Source of the DNA: Pseudohongiellaceae bacterium
Lineage (GTDB): Bacteria; Planctomycetota; B15-G4
NCBI GenBank assembly: GCA_047638635.1
Contig: JBLIMM010000002.1
Coordinates: forward strand, 1-46,778
Length of the DNA: 46,778 bases
Direction: 5' to 3'
The position numbers were made by a program, and so were the translations under genes. How positions within the stretch are numbered: the stretch's first letter is position 1; each line of letters starts with the position of its first letter. Positions 17,710-27,383 of this stretch are shown here, piece after piece. A model generated the notes under the pieces. That model was given only the letters and a program-made list of their open reading frames with translations. It was not told the DNA's origin and ran no database searches.

Positions 17710-18357
17710 ATGAACGAGACTGCAATCTATCAGGGTCTCCTGGCTAGCGGCATCGCTGGCGTGGGAGAACTCGACGAAAGTAGCAAAGACCCCACCATCG
17801 TCGTGGAGGCTAGCGCGTTGGTTGAGACGATGACGTGGCTGCGAGATGACGCTGGCTGTGCCATGGAGATGCTCCATCTGGTCACCGCGATCGAGTGGCC
17901 AGACCGCATGGATATGGTCTATCACGTGTCTTCCCTGGAAAAGCACCACGCCATCACGGTGCGGGTGTCCCTGGATCGGCCAGAGGGGGCTGATTTCACG
18001 CCCGAAGTGCCCAGTGTGGCCAGCGTTTACGGCTCAGCTGATTGGCATGAGCGGGAGCAATGGGATCTGCTCGGTGTGCGCTTTACTAACCACCCCGATC
18101 ACCGTCGCATCCTGTTGCCCGAAGAGTGGATCGGCCACCCGCTGCGGAAGGACTACGTCTACCCCAGCGAGCACGGCGGCATCCCTCTTGAGCTCGATGC
18201 GGTGCCTCTTTACGAGCGAGCCGATAGCACTGAGGCGGCAGCTCCTGTTTCCGAGCCTCGGCCAGCGGGCTCTCCTTTGGTTCAACCCCCCATGGAGCCG
18301 AGCACGCGGCCCGACGCTGGCGGCAAGGCCCCTGATAAGAAAAAGGACCAGAGCTAA
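17710..18357 (+). CDS. nuoC: NADH-quinone oxidoreductase subunit C, with a ~50-aa Pro/Lys-rich C-terminal tail
   Basis: 215 aa. Motif: ADWHEREQWDLLGVRFTNHPDHRRILLPEEWIGHPLRKDY. Tail: ..AAPVSEPRPAGSPLVQPPMEPSTRPDAGGKAPDKKKDQS. Confidence 0.9.
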   Translation: MNETAIYQGLLASGIAGVGELDESSKDPTIVVEASALVETMTWLRDDAGCAMEMLHLVTAIEWPDRMDMVYHVSSLEKHHAITVRVSLDRPEGADFTPEVPSVASVYGSADWHEREQWDLLGVRFTNHPDHRRILLPEEWIGHPLRKDYVYPSEHGGIPLELDAVPLYERADSTEAAAPVSEPRPAGSPLVQPPMEPSTRPDAGGKAPDKKKDQS

Positions 18358-19527
18358 ATGGAAGCCCTGGAGATGTACTCGGTCGACGGTCGCTCAGACG
18401 TCTACACCGAAGAGCTCAAGCTGAACCTTGGGCCCCAGCACCCATCGACTCACGGCGTCCTGCGCGTCGAGTTGAACATGGATGGTGAGGTGATTACTGA
18501 GTCCCGCTGCGATATTGGCTACCTGCACCGGTGCGCCGAGAAGATCGGCGAGAATGTCACGTACCTACAGTACACGCCGTACACCGACCGCATGGACTAC
18601 TTGGCGTCCATGAACAACAACTTGGCTTGGAGCCTCACTGTCGAGAAGTTGCTCGACCTTGAGGTGCCTGAGCGGGCTCAGTGGCTGCGCATGATCGTCT
18701 GCGAGCTGAACCGCATCGCCAGCCACCTGATCGCCTTCGGCACCTACGGCATCGACATTGGCGCGAACACGCCTTTCTTCTATGCCTTCCGTGATCGCGA
18801 GAAGGTCATGGCGCTGCTGGAACGTCCTTCCGGCACGCGCATGCTCTACAACTACATCCAGCCTGGTGGTCTCCGTCGCGACGTCGACGACAACTGGGTT
18901 GAGGATGTGCTGACCTTCTGCGGTGAGTTCGAGAAGGCTTGGGTCGAATACAACACCCTGCTCAGTCACAACCGCATCTTCATCGGCCGCACGGCGAACA
19001 TCGGCATCATCCCTAAGGACATGGCCCTCGACTTTGGTCTGACGGGTCCGGTCTTGCGGGCTTCGGGGGTCAAGTGGGACCTCCGTCGTGACGTGCCGTA
19101 CTTGGCGCCCTACGACGAAGTTGACTTCGACATACCCATCGGCGAAGGCACCCACGGCACGCTCGGCGATTGCTGGGACCGCTACTGGGTGCGTATGCGC
19201 GAGATGATGGAGTCGATTCGCATCATCCGTCAGGGCTGCGCGAAGCTGCCTGGCGGCGAGGTGATGACCAAGAAGCAGAAGAGCATGTACAAGACGCCGC
19301 TCAAGCCTGCCGCCGGTCATGCCTACATGCGTTGCGAGAATCCTCGCGGCGAGCTCGGTTTCTACGTGGTCTCTGATGGGGGCACGTCTCCCATTCGCAA
19401 CCGCACCAGGGCGCCGAGCTTCTGCAACTTGGCGGTGCTCGATCAGCTGCTTCCGGGCACGATGCTCGGCGATGCGGTCGCCATCATTGGCTCCCTCGAC
19501 ATCGTTCTCGGCGAGGTGGATCGCTAG
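18358..19527 (+). CDS. nuoD: NADH-quinone oxidoreductase subunit D
   Basis: 389 aa. Motifs: LNLGPQHPSTHGVLR, DRMDYL and RAPSFCNLAVL..GDAVAIIGSLDIVLGEVDR. The ATG immediately follows the nuoC TAA. Confidence 0.95.
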   Translation: MEALEMYSVDGRSDVYTEELKLNLGPQHPSTHGVLRVELNMDGEVITESRCDIGYLHRCAEKIGENVTYLQYTPYTDRMDYLASMNNNLAWSLTVEKLLDLEVPERAQWLRMIVCELNRIASHLIAFGTYGIDIGANTPFFYAFRDREKVMALLERPSGTRMLYNYIQPGGLRRDVDDNWVEDVLTFCGEFEKAWVEYNTLLSHNRIFIGRTANIGIIPKDMALDFGLTGPVLRASGVKWDLRRDVPYLAPYDEVDFDIPIGEGTHGTLGDCWDRYWVRMREMMESIRIIRQGCAKLPGGEVMTKKQKSMYKTPLKPAAGHAYMRCENPRGELGFYVVSDGGTSPIRNRTRAPSFCNLAVLDQLLPGTMLGDAVAIIGSLDIVLGEVDR

Positions 19528-19530
19528 TCC

Positions 19531-20703
19531 ATGAACCTGCTGATTGAACTCTTCGCTGGTCTTGGCCTCGAAGGCATCTGGCCCCTGACGTTCGCCTACG
19601 CTATCTGCATTGGCAGCTTGCTGGGCTTCGTCACGGTTTACGCCATGTTTGCCATCTGGATGGAGCGCAAGGTTGCCGCCCACATTCAGATGCGTTACGG
19701 CCCCATGGAGACCGGCGCTTTTCACGGCTGGGCTCAGAGCCTCGCTGACGCGCTGAAGTTGCTCTTCAAAGAGGATCTGCTGCCCACTCAGGCCAACGCG
19801 TTCCTCTTTTGGATCGCCCCCGCGGTTGTGTTCTGCGGTGTCTTCGCCGGGATGATCGTGATCCCCTTCGCGGCCGGCATTCAGATTGTCGACCTCGACC
19901 TGGGCATCTTCTTCATCATCGCCATCTCGTCGGTCGAAGTGGTCGGCGTGATCATGGCGGGCTGGGCCAGTAACAGTAAGTACAGCTTGTTTGGCGCGGT
20001 GCGCGAGGCTGCCCAGGTGGTGTCCTACGAGTTGCCCGCGGCCACGGCGCTGCTGGCACCGATCCTGGTCGTGGGCTCGTTCCGCTTGGGCGACTTCAAC
20101 GCATTTCAGGCTGAGAACGGCTGGTTGATCCTCTCTAGCCCGTTTATGCCCATCGCCGCCCTGTGCTACTTCATCTCGTCGTTGGCGGGTTGCAAGCGGG
20201 CGCCTTTCGATCTGCCTGAAGCTGAGTCTGAGCTCGTTTCGGGCTTCCACACCGAATACTCAGGCATGCGCTTCTCCTTCTTCTTCTTGGAGGAGTACGT
20301 GTCGATGTTCGTGGTCTCGTTGATTATGGCCACGCTGTTCTTCGGCGGCACAACGCTGCCCTTTGATCTCGGTGGATTCGGCAACTGGACTGAATGGGCT
20401 CGGGCCGAAACCTTGGGCGCTGTAGCGTCTCTGGCAGACGCGACGCCTCAGGCCATTGCGGCGGCAGAGAAGGCTCGCACCGAGGCAGGACCTTTCGCTG
20501 ACATTGGCAACCTCATTGGTGCCCACGTTGGTTTGGCGATCCTGATCCTCAAGACCTTCTTCTTTATCTTCATTCAGATGTGGCTGCGCTGGACCTTGCC
20601 GCGTCTGCGCGTCGACCAAGTGATGATCGTGGGCTACAAGTATCTGCTGCCCTGGGGACTATTCGCCGTGATCGGCACGGCCATCTGGGAGGTGTTGGTC
20701 TAG
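19531..20703 (+). CDS. nuoH: NADH-quinone oxidoreductase subunit H, with a ~45-aa loop insertion
   Basis: 390 aa. Motifs: WMERKVAAHIQMRYGP, APFDLPEAESELVSGFHTEYSG and WLRWTLPRLRVDQ. Confidence 0.95.
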   Translation: MNLLIELFAGLGLEGIWPLTFAYAICIGSLLGFVTVYAMFAIWMERKVAAHIQMRYGPMETGAFHGWAQSLADALKLLFKEDLLPTQANAFLFWIAPAVVFCGVFAGMIVIPFAAGIQIVDLDLGIFFIIAISSVEVVGVIMAGWASNSKYSLFGAVREAAQVVSYELPAATALLAPILVVGSFRLGDFNAFQAENGWLILSSPFMPIAALCYFISSLAGCKRAPFDLPEAESELVSGFHTEYSGMRFSFFFLEEYVSMFVVSLIMATLFFGGTTLPFDLGGFGNWTEWARAETLGAVASLADATPQAIAAAEKARTEAGPFADIGNLIGAHVGLAILILKTFFFIFIQMWLRWTLPRLRVDQVMIVGYKYLLPWGLFAVIGTAIWEVLV

Positions 20704-20734
20704 TCGGCGCACCCGACTGAGATCGCAACAGATC

Positions 20735-21316
20735 ATGAGTGGCATCAGAGAATACTTCGGCAACATCGCCAGCGCCCTGACCAGCACGGCCAAGGGTATG
20801 CGCGTCACGCTGCACTACTTCACCAGCGAGCCGCCGATCACGGTGATGTACCCCCACGAGCGCATGACCCTGCCACCGACTTATCGGGGCATGCACATTC
20901 TTGAGCAGGACAAGTGCATCGACTGCCACTTGTGCGCGAAGGCTTGCCCCGTCGATTGCATCGAGATTGAGGCCCAACATCACGGCCGCACCCTCGAATG
21001 GAAAAAGTTCTCCATCGACTACAAGAAGTGCATCTTCTGCGAGTTGTGCATTCCGCCTTGCCCGGTGGACTGCATCCATATGACCGGCGAGTACGAGTTG
21101 GCTACCGACGACAACGGCGCGGTCGCTGCCGACCTACTCCTGTGGACCGGCCTGCGCCCCGAAGACCAAGCCAAACTCGAAGGCAAGGCCGCTCCGAAAG
21201 CGAAGCCTGCTCCTGCCGCAACTGCTGCTGCTAGCGGTGGCGACGGTGGTGATCTGAAGTCACGGATTGCCGCGATGATGGCAGCGAAGAAGGCCGCAAA
21301 GGGCGAGGACGGCTGA
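20735..21316 (+). CDS. nuoI: NADH-quinone oxidoreductase subunit I (2x[4Fe-4S]), with an Ala/Lys-rich C-terminal tail
   Basis: 193 aa. Motifs: CIDCHLCAKACPVDCI and CIFCELCIPPCPVDCI. Confidence 0.95.
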   Translation: MSGIREYFGNIASALTSTAKGMRVTLHYFTSEPPITVMYPHERMTLPPTYRGMHILEQDKCIDCHLCAKACPVDCIEIEAQHHGRTLEWKKFSIDYKKCIFCELCIPPCPVDCIHMTGEYELATDDNGAVAADLLLWTGLRPEDQAKLEGKAAPKAKPAPAATAAASGGDGGDLKSRIAAMMAAKKAAKGEDG

Positions 21317-21825
21317 TGGACTTCATGTTCATCTGTTTCGCGACGATCACCGTCCTTGGCGGGATGATCGTGGCGTTCCATAAGAGCATCGTCCACTCGG
21401 CGTTTGCTTTGGTGGCGACGCTGTTCGGTGTCGCTGGCCTGTACTGGGCCATGGGCGCCGACTTCTTGGGCGGGCTGCAGGTGCTGCTCTACGTGGGTGG
21501 CGTCACAGTGCTGCTGCTCTTTGCTGTGATGCTCACCACCCGGGACACCATGCGCCGTTCGGTTGTGCGCTACGCATTCTGGGCTCCTCTGGCTGTTGGT
21601 GGCGTGGCTGTTTGCTTGCTGCGGGCTTACCAAGGTGTCCTCACTACGGTGAACGCCAAGGGTGCGGTTCTTTCGGAGCCCACGCCGACCACTGAAGCCA
21701 TCGGCAACATGCTCATCGATCGCACGGGTTACCTGCTCGTTTTCGAGGTGGTGGCCGTGCTCTTGTTGCTTGTGCTGATTGGCGCCGTCACCGTGGCCCG
21801 TCGCGGGCAGGAGTCGTCCTCATGA
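21316..21825 (+). CDS. nuoJ: NADH-quinone oxidoreductase subunit J
   Basis: 169 aa. Motif: VHSAFALVATLFGVAGLYWAMGADFLGGLQVLLYVGGVTVLLLFAVML. The start overlaps the nuoI stop (TGATG). Confidence 0.9.
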   Translation: MDFMFICFATITVLGGMIVAFHKSIVHSAFALVATLFGVAGLYWAMGADFLGGLQVLLYVGGVTVLLLFAVMLTTRDTMRRSVVRYAFWAPLAVGGVAVCLLRAYQGVLTTVNAKGAVLSEPTPTTEAIGNMLIDRTGYLLVFEVVAVLLLLVLIGAVTVARRGQESSS

Positions 21826-22178
21826 TCCCGACCCCGCTGTTGGCAACTCTCGAGGTGGCTCCCGACTCCCTGGCTGGGTCGTTGAGTTCCTACCTCGTGA
21901 TTTCGGGCATCTTGTTCTTGCTCGGTTTGGCCACAATCCTGACCCGGCGTAACGTGCTCTATGTGCTCATGGGCACCGAACTGATCTTGAATGCCGCGAA
22001 CATCAACTTTGTGGCCTTCTCGCGTTTCGGTGACTACGGCATGGACGGCCAGATGATGACCCTCGTGGTGGTCATGCTCGCCGCTGCAGAAGCCGCCGTG
22101 GCCTTGGCTATCGTGCTGCGAGTCTTCCACGACTTCGGCACCATCGATATCACCCGTACCGACAGCCTGAGGAACTAA
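21822..22178 (+). CDS. nuoK: NADH-quinone oxidoreductase subunit K
   Basis: 118 aa. Motifs: GTELILNAANINFVAFS and MLAAAEAAVALAIVL. ATGA overlap with nuoJ. Confidence 0.9.
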   Translation: MIPTPLLATLEVAPDSLAGSLSSYLVISGILFLLGLATILTRRNVLYVLMGTELILNAANINFVAFSRFGDYGMDGQMMTLVVVMLAAAEAAVALAIVLRVFHDFGTIDITRTDSLRN

Positions 22179-22185
22179 GCGAGCG

Positions 22186-24288
22186 ATGGACGGCTTCCTC
22201 AATAGCAGCGGCCACCTCTGGGTGGGCTTGGGCCTCTTCTTGGTGCCCTTCCTCGCGGCGCTCATCCTGATTTTCTTCGGTCGCAAGTTGCCTCGGGGCG
22301 GCGATTGGATCGCCCAGACGGCCATCGTGACCTGCGCCGCAGCAGCGGTGTTCCAGTTCATCGCGGTGATCGTCAATCACGGCGACCCCCAATGGTCCTG
22401 GTCGAGCGCTGATCACGGCTGGTCTCTAGAGTGGCTGAGCTTCGGCGATTTCCACCTCTCGGTGGGCATCTTCTGGGACAACCTCAGCGTGATCATGGCC
22501 GCCATGGTCACGGTGGTGGGGTCCTGCATCTTCTTCTTCAGCGCCGGCTACATGCACGGCGACCGGGACTACCCGCGCTTCTTCGCCTACCTGAGCTACT
22601 TCTGCTTCGCCATGCTCGGCTTGGTGGTGGTGGACAACCTGCTCTTCCTGTTCATCTTTTGGGAGCTCGTCGGCGTCGGCAGCTACCTGCTGATCGGCTT
22701 CTACTACGATCAGCCCGAGCCGCCCTTGGCCTCCATGAAGGCCTTCTTGGTCAATCGAATAGGGGACGTCCTGTTCCTCCTCGGTCTGATCTTGGCCTGG
22801 CAGTTGTTCGGCACGCTGAACTACCACGAGCTGTTCGAAACCTTGGCTGCCGGGAACTTCCCACCGGCCAGCGAGCGGGCTTTCAGCAGCCTCAGCAACC
22901 ACTCGATCTTGACCCTCTCGGGCATCCTGATTTTCTGCGGTGCCATCAGTAAGTCTGCTCAGGTGCCACTGCACACTTGGCTCCCTGACGCCATGGCCGG
23001 GCCGACCCCGGTCTCCGCGCTGATCCACGCCGCCACGATGGTTGCCGCCGGCGTGTTCATGGTGGGTCGGATGTACCCGTACTTCACCCCCGAGGCGCTG
23101 CAGTTCATCGCAGGCATCGGCGCCCTGACCGCCCTTGTGGGCGCGACCATGGGCCTGGTCATGTGGGACATCAAGAAGGTGTTGGCCTACTCGACCATGA
23201 GCCAGCTGGGCTACATGATGCTGGGCTTGGGCGTCGGCGGTTACGTCGCCGGCTTGTTCCACCTGATCACTCACGCCTTCTTTAAGGCCTGCCTGTTCCT
23301 GGGTAGCGGCTCGGTGATTCACGCGGTGCACAGCCAGGACATGCGAGACATGGGTGGCCTGCGCAAGAAGATGCCGGTGACCTTCTGGACCTTCATGATC
23401 GCCACCCTGGCCCTCTGCGGTGTGCCGGCCTTTGCTGGCTACTACAGCAAGGACCAGATCATCGCCAACGCCATGGCCTGGTGGACCCTCGACATCGCCT
23501 CTGCGCGTTTCGTGCCGATTCTGTTCGGCGCCGTGGGCGCGTTCATGACCACCTTCTACATGTTCCGGCTGATCTTCCTGACCTTCTTCGGTCAGCCCCA
23601 AGATCAAGAACGCTACGACCACGCTCACGAGTCACCAGCGTTGATGGCCGTGCCGCTGATCATCTTGGCGGGCTTCGGCTTGCTGGGCGGCGGCACCATG
23701 AACCCGCTCCCCGTCGTGGACGAGCTTTGGTTTAACTCGGTGATCGAGCACCCCGAGTCAGCCGCAGCAGCGGGCCTTCATCTTGACGTGCACCATGAGC
23801 TGGAGCACATGGCCCACGCCCTGCACGACGTGCACTACTGGGCCATGGGTGTGTCAGTCTTCGCCATCTTGGCTGGCTTTGTGCTCGCCAGGCGGATGTA
23901 CCTGACACGGGCCACCGACCCGGCCGAAGTGTCGGCGAAGTTCGGCCCCATGCACCGCATCATCAGCAACAAGTACTACTTCGACGACGCCTACAACAAA
24001 GGCATCGTGGGCAACCTGAAGCGCTGGAATCAGCTTTGCTACTGGTGGGACCGCACCATCGTTGACGGCATCGTCAACGGCATGGGCTTGGTCACCCGCT
24101 TTCTAGCCTTCCTGTCGGCGTTGTTCGACACCTACGTGATCGACGGCGCCGTGAACTTCTGGCGCTGGCTGGTCCGCTTTCTCTCCGGTTGCCTTCGTTT
24201 GTGGCAGTCCGGAAACGCAACCAACTACCTGACCTGGACCGTGCTCGGCGTGCTCGCCTTGGTGGCGGCATTGGCTCGAGGAAACTAG
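22186..24288 (+). CDS. nuoL: NADH-quinone oxidoreductase subunit L
   Basis: 700 aa. Motifs: FWELVGVGSYLLIGF, HTWLPDAMAGPTPVSALIHAATMVAAGV and YSTMSQLGYM. Confidence 0.95.
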   Translation: MDGFLNSSGHLWVGLGLFLVPFLAALILIFFGRKLPRGGDWIAQTAIVTCAAAAVFQFIAVIVNHGDPQWSWSSADHGWSLEWLSFGDFHLSVGIFWDNLSVIMAAMVTVVGSCIFFFSAGYMHGDRDYPRFFAYLSYFCFAMLGLVVVDNLLFLFIFWELVGVGSYLLIGFYYDQPEPPLASMKAFLVNRIGDVLFLLGLILAWQLFGTLNYHELFETLAAGNFPPASERAFSSLSNHSILTLSGILIFCGAISKSAQVPLHTWLPDAMAGPTPVSALIHAATMVAAGVFMVGRMYPYFTPEALQFIAGIGALTALVGATMGLVMWDIKKVLAYSTMSQLGYMMLGLGVGGYVAGLFHLITHAFFKACLFLGSGSVIHAVHSQDMRDMGGLRKKMPVTFWTFMIATLALCGVPAFAGYYSKDQIIANAMAWWTLDIASARFVPILFGAVGAFMTTFYMFRLIFLTFFGQPQDQERYDHAHESPALMAVPLIILAGFGLLGGGTMNPLPVVDELWFNSVIEHPESAAAAGLHLDVHHELEHMAHALHDVHYWAMGVSVFAILAGFVLARRMYLTRATDPAEVSAKFGPMHRIISNKYYFDDAYNKGIVGNLKRWNQLCYWWDRTIVDGIVNGMGLVTRFLAFLSALFDTYVIDGAVNFWRWLVRFLSGCLRLWQSGNATNYLTWTVLGVLALVAALARGN

Positions 24289-24297
24289 GGAATCGAG

Positions 24298-25812
24298 ATG
24301 GACGACATCCTCACTCTCATCACCTTTTCGCCGCTGATCGGTTGTTTGGCGATCCTGCTCGTTCCTGCGGAACGTAAGGACGCTATTCGGACCCTGGCTT
24401 GCGCAGCTGCGGCGGTCCCCCTGTTCTTGGCCACCAAGCTTTGGATCGACTTTGATACGGCGCACGTCGGCTATCAATTCGTCGTCCAGGCAGACTGGAT
24501 CGAAGCGCTCGGCGTGCAGTTCCACATGGGCGTTGACGGCCTGTCGGTGCCGCTGATTTGGCTCACGGCGCTGCTGCTGTTTATCGCGCCGTTTGCTTCG
24601 TGGTCCATCGAGAAGGGCGTGAAGGGCTTCATGCTGCTGCTCTTGCTGCTCGAGATGGGCATCTTGGGCGTGTTCTGCAGCCTCGATCTGTTCCAGTTCT
24701 ACGTCTTCTGGGAGATCATGCTCCTGCCGATGTACTTCTTGATCGGCATCTGGGGTGGCGCGCGGCGGGAATACGCGGCGATCAAGTTCTTCCTCTACAC
24801 CTTGGCTGGTTCGGTGCTGATGCTGCTGGCCATCATCGCGCTCTACCTGTGCGTCAAGGACTCGGTGGCCACCCCCTTCTCGATCCCGCTTCTCAGCGAG
24901 CTCGTTCACAACGGGACAATCACCGGAGCGAACCTGGTCAACGGCGGCGAGATCTTTGGCTGGCCCTTCCTCAAGTGGGTCTTTGTGGCCTTCTTCATCG
25001 GCTTCGCCATCAAGGTGCCGATCGTGCCCTTCCACACTTGGCTGCCTGATGCTCACGTTGAGGCACCCACATCCATCTCCATGGTGCTGGCTGGCATCCT
25101 GTTGAAGCTGGGCTGTTACGGCATCCTGCGCATCAACTTGGGCATGTTCCCTGACGTGGCCATGGGCTTCGCCGAGATCGGCGCAGTCATCGGTTTGGTC
25201 TCGATTCTCTATGGCGCGTTCGTCGCCATGGCGCAGACAGACTTCAAACGCATGGTGGCCTACTCATCTGTGAGCCATATGGGCTACGTGCTCTTGGGCG
25301 CCTCGGCGTTCACGAGCGCTGGCTTGAACGGCGCGGCCATGCAGATGTTCACCCACGGCACCAGCTCCGCACTGCTCTTCCTGCTCGTGGGCGTGGCCTA
25401 CGACCGGGCCCACCATCGCGAAATCGAAGGGTTTGGCGGGTTGGCGGGAGTGGCACCGGTCTACACAGGCATCACAACTCTGGGATTCTTTGCCGCCCTT
25501 GGCCTTCCGGGCATGAGTGGCTTCGTTTCTGAGTTCTTGGTCTTGGTGGGCGCTTGGGAGGTCTTCCCGGTGCTCACGTCCCTGGCGGTCATCGGCATCG
25601 TGATCACCGCAGCCTTCTTGCTCTGGACTCTGCAGCGTGTGTTCTTGGGTCCGCTCAACGAGAAGTACAAAGACTTCCCCGACATCACTGCCCGGGAAGT
25701 GTTCACCACGGCGCCCCTGGCGATCCTTTGCATCCTGTTTGGCGTAGCTCCCATGCTGTTGCTTGGCCACATGGACGCGACCCTCGAGGCCCTCCGGCTG
25801 TTGTTCGTCTGA
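24298..25812 (+). CDS. nuoM: NADH-quinone oxidoreductase subunit M
   Basis: 504 aa. Motifs: FWEIMLLPMYFLIGIWGG, FHTWLPDAHVEAPTSISMVLAGILLKLGCYG and YSSVSHMGYV. Confidence 0.95.
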   Translation: MDDILTLITFSPLIGCLAILLVPAERKDAIRTLACAAAAVPLFLATKLWIDFDTAHVGYQFVVQADWIEALGVQFHMGVDGLSVPLIWLTALLLFIAPFASWSIEKGVKGFMLLLLLLEMGILGVFCSLDLFQFYVFWEIMLLPMYFLIGIWGGARREYAAIKFFLYTLAGSVLMLLAIIALYLCVKDSVATPFSIPLLSELVHNGTITGANLVNGGEIFGWPFLKWVFVAFFIGFAIKVPIVPFHTWLPDAHVEAPTSISMVLAGILLKLGCYGILRINLGMFPDVAMGFAEIGAVIGLVSILYGAFVAMAQTDFKRMVAYSSVSHMGYVLLGASAFTSAGLNGAAMQMFTHGTSSALLFLLVGVAYDRAHHREIEGFGGLAGVAPVYTGITTLGFFAALGLPGMSGFVSEFLVLVGAWEVFPVLTSLAVIGIVITAAFLLWTLQRVFLGPLNEKYKDFPDITAREVFTTAPLAILCILFGVAPMLLLGHMDATLEALRLLFV

Positions 25813-25842
25813 CCGACGATCAACCCGCCCGCGGAGATCACA

Positions 25843-27363
25843 ATGTCCTCTTGGCTTTCAGCTGACATGCTCGCCGACCTGACCGCTGTAGGTCCGGAGA
25901 CGCGGTTACTGGCGACGATCGTCGTCGCGATTCTCGTTGACCTGATTTTCGGACATCGAGCACGGGTTGCCGTGACGGTGATCGGAATGCTCGGAACAGC
26001 GTTTGCGCTGTTCGCTCTTTTCGATCCGGCGTTGGGTACGGGGACTCGCGCGTTTGGCCTGCTGACCAACGACAGTTACGGAGTCTTCTTCCGTACCTTG
26101 ATCATTGGTGGCACGGGCGTCCTGTTACTGCACACCCTGCTCTTCCGGGGCGCGGAGGAAAGCTCGCGGAACGAGTTCGTCCCCATGTTCTTAGGGACGG
26201 CTCTGGGCGCGTGCTTGCTGGTCAACACCGATAACCTCGTCATGCTGCTGCTCAGCATGGAGTTGCTGTCGCTGAACTCGTACCTGCTTGCGGGTTGGCA
26301 GCGCAAGGAGCGTCGCTCTTCTGAGGCAGCGCTGAAGTACCTCGTCTATGGCGCGGTCGCTTCGGCACTGATGACCTTCGGTTTCAGCCTGCTGTACGGT
26401 TTGTCCGGTTCGTTGAACATGGCCGAGATTGGCCAGTCGCTCTCCGAGGCTTGGTACGCCGACACCTTCAACGAACAGATGGCCGTGTTGTTCGCCTCTG
26501 TGTTGGTGTTTGTGGGCTTTGGTTTCAAAGTGGCCATCGTTCCCTTCCACTTCTGGGCTCCTGATGTTTACGAAGGCTCGCCGACACCGGTGACGACCTT
26601 CCTGGCGGTGGTGTCCAAGTCGGCGGGCTTTGCAGTCTTGCTGCGCTTTGTCCACGTCGTCTACCTCGACGAGTCGGTCAACGCCGCTTGGGTCGAGCGT
26701 CTGGGTTACGTGATCGCAGTGATCGCTGCGGTCACCATGACCTACGGCAACATCACCGCGGTCTTGCAGCGCAACGTGAAGCGGCTGCTGGCCTACTCGT
26801 CCATTGCTCACGCGGGCTACTTGCTCATGGGCGTGGCTGTGATGACCAGCGGGTCGACCTCAGACGCGGTCGAAGTGGGCATGGATGCCACGCTGTTCTA
26901 CATGGCCACTTACTACCTGGGCACCTTGGGCGCCTTCGGTTGCGTGATGTCCTTGTCGAACCGCTTCGGCGCCGAAGACACCGACGACTACGCGGGCCTG
27001 GGTTGGTCAGCGCCGTGGACCTGCGGGTTCTTGGTGGTGTTCTTGGTCTCCCTCGTCGGTCTGCCGCCCACCGCTGGTTTCGTGGGCAAGCTCTGGCTGT
27101 TCAACGCCAGCCTCGACGTGGGCCTGTATTGGCTCGCGGTGGTCGCTGCTCTGAACGCGGTGGTCGCGCTGTTCTACTACTTCAAGATCGTCCGTGCGCT
27201 GTTCTTGCGCGGTGATCACGAAGAGCGTGTGGCTGGTTTCCGTGCCACGGGCGTGATGGCGTTTCTGGGTCAGGCGAGCTTGGCGGTGATGGCTGTGGCG
27301 GTGGTTTACTACTGCTTCGGCTTTGACGGTCTGGCAAGCTGGGTCTCAGGCTCACTGCTCTGA
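25843..27363 (+). CDS. nuoN: NADH-quinone oxidoreductase subunit N
   Basis: 506 aa. Motifs: FHFWAPDVYEGSPTPVTTFLAVVSKSAGFAVLLR and AYSSIAHAGYLLMG. Confidence 0.95.
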   Translation: MSSWLSADMLADLTAVGPETRLLATIVVAILVDLIFGHRARVAVTVIGMLGTAFALFALFDPALGTGTRAFGLLTNDSYGVFFRTLIIGGTGVLLLHTLLFRGAEESSRNEFVPMFLGTALGACLLVNTDNLVMLLLSMELLSLNSYLLAGWQRKERRSSEAALKYLVYGAVASALMTFGFSLLYGLSGSLNMAEIGQSLSEAWYADTFNEQMAVLFASVLVFVGFGFKVAIVPFHFWAPDVYEGSPTPVTTFLAVVSKSAGFAVLLRFVHVVYLDESVNAAWVERLGYVIAVIAAVTMTYGNITAVLQRNVKRLLAYSSIAHAGYLLMGVAVMTSGSTSDAVEVGMDATLFYMATYYLGTLGAFGCVMSLSNRFGAEDTDDYAGLGWSAPWTCGFLVVFLVSLVGLPPTAGFVGKLWLFNASLDVGLYWLAVVAALNAVVALFYYFKIVRALFLRGDHEERVAGFRATGVMAFLGQASLAVMAVAVVYYCFGFDGLASWVSGSLL

Positions 27364-27383
27364 GCTGCAGCGCTCGACTGCGC

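Noticed and set aside
18565-20250. 561-aa minus-strand ORF, the longest unexplained ORF in the track (also 22426..23628, 24103..25056, 25461..26069, 26191..26811)
   Set aside because: All are antisense to nuoD/H/L/M/N, which carry unmistakable complex I motifs. They are His/Arg/Asp/Gly/Val-rich with no hydrophobic core pattern. Long antisense ORFs are expected at this GC content because stop codons are rare.
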